The notes under the pieces: model-generated
Database searches by the model: none
What the model saw: the letters and a program-made list of their open reading frames with translations, nothing else
Told to the model about the DNA's origin: nothing
Made by a program: the position numbers and the translations under genes
Source: Parcubacteria bacterium C7867-007
GTDB taxonomy: Bacteria > Patescibacteriota > Minisyncoccia > Phycocordibacterales > Phycocordibacteraceae
Assembly: GCA_001189195.1 (NCBI GenBank)
Contig: LFCQ01000006.1
Location: 56,841 to 120,840, forward strand
DNA: 64,000 bases
Direction of reading: 5' to 3'
In this document: positions 56,195 to 64,000 of the stretch, one piece after another
How the letters are laid out: the number at the start of each line of letters is the position of its first letter
How positions within the stretch are numbered: the first letter of the stretch is position 1

Positions 56195-57853
56195 CTACTT
56201 ATTTTTAGCGAAGATGGGCCATACCAGTTCCGTATTGCGATACCAGTGTGCTACATCATCGAAACGATCAGATGGTGCTGCAATCTCCGTGATATGAACA
56301 CCACGAAGTCCTGCAGGAATCGTGTACACGAAGTCGGGGGTGTGGGTGAATGCTGCAGGATAGTCCGCAGCAATCAACACATTCAAGCTCGCAAGGTCTG
56401 CAGGATCAGGGGTCTTCTCTTGGCGAAGTTTCTCCAATAATGCATCCACCTCTTTATTAGAATAGTCTGCAATATTAAGACCTGGATTTGTGCGCTCTGT
56501 TGAACTCCAGAATGCGAACAAGTCTGGAGTACGTCCAATCACTTCTCCGAAGAGGAGTGCGCCATACGCACGAGGTCGTATCACTTCCTGGGTAAGAACA
56601 CTTGCATCATGTAGCTCAATTGATACAGGCACACCGAGTGTCTGCCAATCCTCCTGAATCTGTGTGGCGACGGCTTTTAGTTCGGGCACGTTTGATGTCG
56701 TGAGAGTTACCTCAAGCGTCACACCACCTTTAGACCAACGCTGACTCGCTTCATCATACAGCCATTTACCTTCTGAAAGAACCTGTCTGGCATCTGCAAT
56801 GCGTGTTTCTGCTGGGGGCAGGGGAACTGCTGCAATTTCATTGTTTGGAGGTAATGGTCCTGCAATGGGTGTTGCATACCCTCCCAAGGCCTCATTAACA
56901 ATTGCCTGACGATTAATCGCAACAGAAAGTGCTTTACGCACACTTATATCTGCAAACAGAGGATCCTCACTTGGATTGAAGAATATACCGAACACACGAC
57001 TATACGGAATGTTGATTGCACGAGCCGATGCAACACCGTATGCGCTCTGGACCTCACCTTTCCGCACCGCTTCTGTTAGTTCACTCTGATCTGAATAGAA
57101 TACAAACCGAATACTGTTCAGATACGGGCGACCCCCAGCATACCCTTTGAATGCACTTAGTTCGTATGAAGATATTGAACCATCACTCTTGCGGGTCATA
57201 TTTGAAACTTGGAAGGGTCCTGCTCCGACCGGATTAATCTGGCGAGAAGAGAAAGGGAACTCCGCATTCGAAACGTTCTTCCAGATATGCGATGGAAGAA
57301 TACCGAGGGTGGCGTCTTCAATAAAGGGTGTGTATGCCTTTGGAAGGGTAAAACGAACTGTACGAGCATCTACCACTTCCGCACGGATATTCGCCCAGTT
57401 TGCCAGTGCAGGACTACGTAGTGCAGGATCCTGTGCCTTTGAAACGGTAAACACCACATCACTTGCCGTTACCGATGTATTGTCTGAGAACTTCGCATTC
57501 GAACGAAGAATAAAGGTATACGTCTTTCCATCCGGAGAAATCTCATAGGACTCAGCAAGAATCGGTACCAATGCACCGTTTGCGTCATGACCCATAAGGC
57601 CTGCGAAGGTGAGTGCGGCAAGGTCTCGGTCTGTATCAGAAATGGCAAGGAGCGGATTTATGAATCGTGGTGTCCCCACAACTCCTTCTGTGAACGATCC
57701 GCCGTATGCAGGCTGCTCTATTAGAAAGCGTAGCTGAAAACCATACAGTGCAATGATGCACGCAAGTACAAGGAATCCACCCAGGATACTCGCAATGAGC
57801 CGGTCACCAGGGGAAAGGGTACGTAAATAGCGTAGGGGAGACGGAAAAGTCAT
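56195..57853 (-). CDS. ABC transporter substrate-binding protein (family 5, peptide/nickel type), membrane-anchored
   Basis: 552 aa SBP_bac_5-like with N-terminal TM. Confidence 0.7.
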   Translation of the reverse strand: MTFPSPLRYLRTLSPGDRLIASILGGFLVLACIIALYGFQLRFLIEQPAYGGSFTEGVVGTPRFINPLLAISDTDRDLAALTFAGLMGHDANGALVPILAESYEISPDGKTYTFILRSNAKFSDNTSVTASDVVFTVSKAQDPALRSPALANWANIRAEVVDARTVRFTLPKAYTPFIEDATLGILPSHIWKNVSNAEFPFSSRQINPVGAGPFQVSNMTRKSDGSISSYELSAFKGYAGGRPYLNSIRFVFYSDQSELTEAVRKGEVQSAYGVASARAINIPYSRVFGIFFNPSEDPLFADISVRKALSVAINRQAIVNEALGGYATPIAGPLPPNNEIAAVPLPPAETRIADARQVLSEGKWLYDEASQRWSKGGVTLEVTLTTSNVPELKAVATQIQEDWQTLGVPVSIELHDASVLTQEVIRPRAYGALLFGEVIGRTPDLFAFWSSTERTNPGLNIADYSNKEVDALLEKLRQEKTPDPADLASLNVLIAADYPAAFTHTPDFVYTIPAGLRGVHITEIAAPSDRFDDVAHWYRNTELVWPIFAKNK

Positions 57854-57891
57854 GGAAGCACAGATGTCGGTACGCGTACGTACCGCACTCC

Positions 57892-58452
57892 TTATCCGAC
57901 GAGGAATCCAGCTATAGCACTGATCACGAAGAGAATTGCGATAACAACGGTTGCGTTGAATAGGAACTTCTCCGCGCCACGGCGCTTATAGAATGTCGAT
58001 GCGAAGTTGTCGCCTCCGAATGCACCTCCTAGACCAGCACCGCGCTGTTGAAGCACGATTCCGATGATAAGGAGGAGGGAGAGAACCAGCTCCGCGTATG
58101 GCAATATCGCCTTGAGTGTCTCCATCTCACGAACGCCGGCGCAAATGGCCAGGGCTGCGCCGCTGAGTCCGATGATCAGCAGCGCTTCGTCGCTGAACCC
58201 TGGGACCGTCACCAACGTGATGATGCAGCCGACCATGAGTGTCGACATCAGGCCGGTCAGGATCCCGCTGGTGAGCGACCTTTCCTTCAGGAACATGAAG
58301 GTCGCAAAAGCATAGCTGATCGCACTGACGCACAGTAGCGGTACTGCGATCGTCATGAGGCCTGGAAAGTCCTGACGGTAGAAAATGATGCCGGGTATGA
58401 ACCCGCACAGAGCGAGCACGATACCGATGAAGAAAAAGATTGTGCGGAACAT
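57892..58452 (-). CDS. secG: SecG preprotein translocase subunit (C-terminal about 77 aa from M at 58125) with about 110-aa N-terminal membrane extension, or two adjacent ORFs
   Basis: LLLIIGIVLQQRGAGLGGAFGG...RRGAEKFLFNATVVIAILFV typical SecG. Confidence 0.6.
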   Translation of the reverse strand: MFRTIFFFIGIVLALCGFIPGIIFYRQDFPGLMTIAVPLLCVSAISYAFATFMFLKERSLTSGILTGLMSTLMVGCIITLVTVPGFSDEALLIIGLSGAALAICAGVREMETLKAILPYAELVLSLLLIIGIVLQQRGAGLGGAFGGDNFASTFYKRRGAEKFLFNATVVIAILFVISAIAGFLVG

Positions 58453-58503
58453 GGCTTAATCTCCCCAAAGCCGTTTAATACTAAATACATTATAACCCAC
58501 AAA

Positions 58504-58518
58504 TAGCATATTAGTCAA
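58504..58518. promoter_or_regulatory. palindrome GTCAAA-TAG-TTTGAC overlapping the putative -35 (TTGACG) of the groES promoter
   Basis: perfect 6-bp inverted repeat; not a CIRCE element. Confidence 0.35.
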
Positions 58519-58668
58519 ATAGTTTGACGCTATTTTTCTATTTCTGGTAAACTAAATGTAATTCCACTACCTGTGGATAACTTTTCGGCAGTGGGGAAGA
58601 CTCACGTCGGAAAAGGCAAGAAACAAATCGTTATAAGCGTTCTTCATTTATCTAAAGAGCGTATTTCT

Positions 58669-58971
58669 ATGGCTACATCAAAGGTCTCTATTTCACCATT
58701 GGCAGATCGTGTCGTGGTTCAACCCTTCCCTAAGGAGGAAATCTCGGCTTCGGGCATTATTATCCCGGACACGGCAAAACAAGATAAGCCAGAACGTGGC
58801 ACGGTAGTAGCCGTTGGTCCCGGCAAGTATGACGGTGATGAATTATCCTCTATGACCGTAAAGGTTGGTGACGTCGTACTGTTCTCTAAGTATGGATACA
58901 CAGACATTAAGATTGATGGAAAGGATTACCTTATCCTTTCTGAATCAGATATCCTCGCAAAAATAGCGTAA
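58669..58971 (+). CDS. groES: co-chaperonin GroES
   Basis: ISPLADRVVVQP...GIIIPDTAKQDKPERGTVVAVG. Confidence 0.9.
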   Translation: MATSKVSISPLADRVVVQPFPKEEISASGIIIPDTAKQDKPERGTVVAVGPGKYDGDELSSMTVKVGDVVLFSKYGYTDIKIDGKDYLILSESDILAKIA

Positions 58972-60654
<1,683 letters not shown>

Positions 60655-60693
60655 ACAGTTTCACTTCCCTACTACGCAAGATATAAAATGAGG

Positions 60694-60729
60694 CCCCGTC
60701 GATCTTCCAGATCGGCGGGGTTTCTCGTT
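60694..60729 (+). terminator. intrinsic terminator CCCCGTCGATCTTCCAGATCGGCGGGG + TTTCT
   Basis: hairpin with one G-U pair. Confidence 0.6.
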
Positions 60730-60931
60730 AATGGTCACAGGGCTGATGTTCGTTCGGGTCAATCACGGTGCACCCAAAGCCTGACGCGCGCGCTACTGAG
60801 CCAAGCTTTACCTGGGGTTGTGCATCCCGTGTTTCTCGACGCACATGCAGCACGTATGCCACGCTGCAGGCACCAAAGGGTAGGGATACGAGAAATGCGT
60901 CCAGAAGCGTTCTCGCTACGATTTCAAGCAT
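60728..60931 (-). CDS. small hypothetical protein (67 aa), about 60% GC, AAGGAG SD
   Basis: AAGGAG 7 nt upstream of ATG on minus strand. Confidence 0.45.
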   Translation of the reverse strand: MLEIVARTLLDAFLVSLPFGACSVAYVLHVRRETRDAQPQVKLGSVARASGFGCTVIDPNEHQPCDH

Positions 60932-61037
60932 GGGAATGCTCCTTTATTCCTCTTGCACAGTACGCATGAATACATGCTTTTGCAACTATTGAGTGCTTTT
61001 GGCAATGCAGTATACTTAGTACATAACCGCAACCTTT

Positions 61038-61598
61038 ATGATGACTCTCTACATTGTGCTCGGCATTCTTGCACTCGTTGTTCTTTGGGTGGTATTTGCA
61101 TTCAACGGCTTTGTATCTCGTGTTAACCGTACCAAGGAAGCCTGGGCAGATATTGATGTTCAGCTCAAGCGTCGCTATGACCTTATCCCTAACCTCGTTG
61201 AAACGGTTAAGGGATATGCAACCCATGAAGCAGCAGCATTTGAAAACGTAACCAAGGCACGTGCAGCAGCTATGGGTGCAACAGATCCTTCTGCAAAGGC
61301 AGAGGCTGAAAACATGCTCTCAAGCACTCTTAAGAGTCTCTTTGCAGTGTCTGAAGCGTATCCAGACCTTAAAGCGAATGAGAACTTCGTTCAGCTTCAG
61401 AAGGAGCTTGCTGATACTGAAGACAAGATTCAGGCAGCACGCCGTTTCTACAACAGCAACGTGCAGGAACTCAACACCGCTGTTGAATCCTTCCCAGGAA
61501 ACGTTATTGCGTCTTCATTTAACTTTAAGAAGATGGATCTCTTCCAGCTCACTGACGCAGATGCTGCAGCACGTGAACCCGTAAAGGTGGGATTCTAG
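61038..61598 (+). CDS. lemA: LemA family protein
   Basis: N-terminal TM and LemA motif WADIDVQLKRRYDLIPNLVETVKGYA. Confidence 0.8.
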   Translation: MMTLYIVLGILALVVLWVVFAFNGFVSRVNRTKEAWADIDVQLKRRYDLIPNLVETVKGYATHEAAAFENVTKARAAAMGATDPSAKAEAENMLSSTLKSLFAVSEAYPDLKANENFVQLQKELADTEDKIQAARRFYNSNVQELNTAVESFPGNVIASSFNFKKMDLFQLTDADAAAREPVKVGF

Positions 61599-61633
61599 TG
61601 TATTTATAGGGTTTTCTAAGGCCCAATCTCTGT

Positions 61634-62533
61634 ATGGCAACGCTCTATCAAGAACGATCGAATAATGTGTGGCGAACGGTATTACTCATGTCGTTCTTCT
61701 TGGTGCTTGTTATCGCTATTGGATACGCTTTTAGCTGGTATTACGGCGCACCAGAGATTCTGTATGTGGCTGTTGGATTTGCTCTCATCATGAATTTCTG
61801 GAGCTACTGGTTCTCTGATAAGACCGTACTTGCCCTTACCGGTGCTCGCCCTGCAACCCGTGAAGAGTTCTTTGACCTCTACACCGTTACGGAAAACCTC
61901 ACCATCACTGCTGGGCTTCCTATGCCAAAGCTCTATGTACTTGATGATCCTGCACCGAATGCCTTTGCCACAGGACGTGATGAAAAGCATGCGGTAGTGT
62001 GTGCAACCACAGGACTTCTCTCAATGATGACTCGTTCTGAGCTAGAGGGAGTGATTGGACATGAACTGTCGCATATTAAGAATCGAGACATACTTATTAT
62101 GACGGTGGCAGTGGTGCTTGCTGGATTCCTTGCGATTGTCTCAGACATGTTTGTTCGCATGTCTCTTTTTGGAGGTGGTAATAGCGACAACGGTCGTGCA
62201 AACATCCTCTTTATGGTGCTTGGATTGGTTGCAATTATACTTGCACCAATTGCGGCACAACTCATTCAGATGGCTATCTCACGTCGTCGTGAATACCTTG
62301 CAGATGCCTCTGGTGCGCTCCTCACCCGATACCCTGAAGGATTAGCTTCAGCGCTTCAGAAGATTGGTAGCTATGGCCAGCCTATGCAGCATGCGTCACA
62401 CGCAACTGCCCATCTATTTATTGGAGATCCGTTTGGTGAGAAGGAGGGTAAGACAGGACAGTGGATCAACGGTCTCTTTGCAACACATCCACCGGTTGAG
62501 GAGCGTATCAAAAGACTGCTCGGTCAGAGCTAG
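61634..62533 (+). CDS. htpX: zinc metalloprotease HtpX (M48)
   Basis: HELSHIKNRD HExxH, 4 TM. Confidence 0.85.
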   Translation: MATLYQERSNNVWRTVLLMSFFLVLVIAIGYAFSWYYGAPEILYVAVGFALIMNFWSYWFSDKTVLALTGARPATREEFFDLYTVTENLTITAGLPMPKLYVLDDPAPNAFATGRDEKHAVVCATTGLLSMMTRSELEGVIGHELSHIKNRDILIMTVAVVLAGFLAIVSDMFVRMSLFGGGNSDNGRANILFMVLGLVAIILAPIAAQLIQMAISRRREYLADASGALLTRYPEGLASALQKIGSYGQPMQHASHATAHLFIGDPFGEKEGKTGQWINGLFATHPPVEERIKRLLGQS

Positions 62534-62557
62534 GAACCGTGCTATAACAGTGCAATT

Positions 62558-62644
62558 GGAGGCGTCGCATAGCGGTCTAGTGCACCACCTTGGAAAGGTG
62601 GCAGGCTCGAAAGGGTCTCGAGAGTTCGAATCTCTCCGCCTCCG
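62558..62644 (+). tRNA. tRNA-Ser (anticodon GGA), long variable arm, no encoded CCA
   Basis: acceptor GGAGGCG/CGCCTCC, anticodon stem CCACC/GGTGG loop TTGGAAA, long variable arm, T arm GAGAG-TTCGAAT-CTCTC. Confidence 0.75.
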
Positions 62645-62653
62645 CTACGTTGT

Positions 62654-63037
62654 TTAAGAAATAACAGTGCTTGCGCCCTTAACCACACGTTGCTTGCTGT
62701 TTACCTCAAGGATACACGCAACCTCACCGTCTGAGAGAGTTACGTTTGTAGATCCAGGACCATCGATTGTTACCGTACCTCCGCTATCATTTACCACTTC
62801 GCATTCAAACCCGTTTGCGAGCGTTCCTAGAGCAGGAACGGTAATAGTGATTGCAGCAGTTGCAACAATACGCTGGCTGTTGTTTGCAGCAGTTAGGGTG
62901 TATCCAGTACCTTTGGTTGATTCAACAAGTTTGCCACCAACATTATTTCCGTCAGCATCGTGTCCAACAAGCAAATAAGTATTAAGGGTGTCTCCCCAGG
63001 TTCCTGAGTCTGCGCCCGGTGTTGGTAGGTTTGCCAT
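62654..63037 (-). CDS. hypothetical protein (127 aa)
   Basis: ORF abutting tRNA-Ser. Confidence 0.35.
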   Translation of the reverse strand: MANLPTPGADSGTWGDTLNTYLLVGHDADGNNVGGKLVESTKGTGYTLTAANNSQRIVATAAITITVPALGTLANGFECEVVNDSGGTVTIDGPGSTNVTLSDGEVACILEVNSKQRVVKGASTVIS

Positions 63038-63116
63038 ACATCAGCAGTATAGCAAAGATATTTCACACGCACTCCTGATTATTGTAGATGTAGTAGATAT
63101 GGTCTAAAATTACCCA

Positions 63117-63296
63117 ATGAACTTCTTCGGCCTAGGTATCCCCGAGATACTGCTCATCCTCTTTATTCTCCTATTATTCTTCGGTAAGGATAAGCTACCT
63201 GAACTCGCAAAGAGTATCGGGCACTCATTCAAGGAGCTTCGTGAAGGATTTGAGGGTGGCACAAAGGGCGAACAGAATGGAACCAAGAAAAAGTGA
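63117..63296 (+). CDS. tatA: twin-arginine translocase TatA/E (59 aa)
   Basis: MNFFGLGIPEILLILFILLLFFGKDKLPELAKSIGHSFKEL; under 60 aa so not in the ORF track. Confidence 0.8.
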   Translation: MNFFGLGIPEILLILFILLLFFGKDKLPELAKSIGHSFKELREGFEGGTKGEQNGTKKK

Positions 63297-64000
63297 TGAA
63301 GAGCTGAGTCTCTGGCAACATCTTGCAGAGCTCAGGAATTACTTCTTCATATCCCTTACCGCACTGATTATTGGTGCAGTAGTCACTCATAACTTCAATA
63401 AAGAGATAATTGAGCTTTTGTTTGCGCCCCTGGGCACACAATCTCTGGTATTCCTCTCCCCACTGGACCCACTTCTCTTTATATTTAAAGTCGACTTCTT
63501 CGGCGGCTTTCTGCTATCCCTCCCCGTTATAGCGTTCTGCGCATTCAGGTTCATTGCTCCTGCGCTTGGAAAGCGTAGTAATTGGCACGTAATAGCATTT
63601 TTGATGATCTGTACCGTGCTGGTACTAGTGGCGAGTATATACACCTACCTACTCCTTTTGCCCCTTAGTATTGGATTTCTGCTCTCAATTCAAGTACCTG
63701 GTGTAGAGAATTTCTTTACCGCAGACCGTTATATGGACTTTGCTCTCATGCAATTGACCATAATGATCGGTATATTCCAGATCCCCTGCATTATTGCTGC
63801 TCTAGCGTATACTCGCGTACTTGATCCTGGTGTCATTGCCCGACGGCGTGGTCTGGCCTATCTCGTGGCCATCATTGCACTCTCCATACTTACTCCAACC
63901 AGTGATCTCTATACGCTAGGACTCTTTCTAGTACCAACACTTCTCCTCTTCGAGATTAGTCTCATCATTGGAAGGGCGGTATACTCAATACGAACTAGTG
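63277..64000 (+). CDS. tatC: twin-arginine translocase TatC (partial, runs off window)
   Basis: LWQHLAELRNYFF... multi-TM TatC pattern; no stop within window. Confidence 0.75.
   Translation, partial: MEPRKSDEELSLWQHLAELRNYFFISLTALIIGAVVTHNFNKEIIELLFAPLGTQSLVFLSPLDPLLFIFKVDFFGGFLLSLPVIAFCAFRFIAPALGKRSNWHVIAFLMICTVLVLVASIYTYLLLLPLSIGFLLSIQVPGVENFFTADRYMDFALMQLTIMIGIFQIPCIIAALAYTRVLDPGVIARRRGLAYLVAIIALSILTPTSDLYTLGLFLVPTLLLFEISLIIGRAVYSIRTS

Noticed and set aside
58048-58338. GC-rich ORFs on the opposite strand of real genes (also 55646-56113, 55799-56065, 33086-33388, 27726-28295, 8253-8642)
   Set aside because: They fully overlap well-supported genes (secG, RNase J, glycine-zipper protein, RND pump, Ala-rich protein) and have low-complexity translations, so they are antisense frame artefacts.
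62654-63037. Phage tail-fibre remnant next to tRNA-Ser
   Set aside because: The 127-aa Gly/Thr-rich protein is only suggestive. There are no other phage genes and no att duplication of the tRNA 3' end nearby.

Overview
This 64 kb bacterial chromosomal window has a backbone of roughly 45-50% GC. The lineage cannot be assigned from this window alone. The backbone carries housekeeping genes (prfB-ftsE-ftsX-pyrG, typA, a DEAD-box helicase, RNase J, secG, groES-groEL, lemA-htpX and a partial tatA-tatC) together with cell-envelope genes (uppP, mltG, an L,D-transpeptidase, a PG-binding protein, an RND pump with its membrane-fusion partner, DsbA-like and VKOR proteins, and TspO). It also contains a lexA-dinB SOS pair and an oxidative-damage cluster (msrB, msrA, bcp, nth and a mutY-like gene). 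Four canonical tRNAs are present: Thr-GGT, Thr-CGT, Gln-CTG and Ser-GGA. Many backbone genes appear leaderless, with a TATACT/TATAGT -10 box 6-9 nt upstream of the ATG. Embedded in the backbone are ~60% GC patches whose genes instead use AAGGAG-type Shine-Dalgarno sites. These patches include a tandem pair of PraR/PhrR-like XRE regulators with conserved operator palindromes and identical terminators, a GcrA-like regulator inserted between msrB and msrA, and several small ORFs. A region next to tRNA-Gln (~9.3-17.4 kb, with a degenerate repeat copy near 20.1 kb) is a mosaic of unrelated accessory genes separated by a repeated terminator / GGTTCCCACGTCGTACCA(A/C)ACCCCCAGC / promoter linker. Two 68-nt tRNA-derived palindromic elements (2119-2186 and 42282-42349) share a conserved upstream motif. 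A ~290-nt terminator-ended non-coding stretch lies between nth and the mutY-like gene. No CRISPR array, rRNA or recognisable recombinase/transposase is present.
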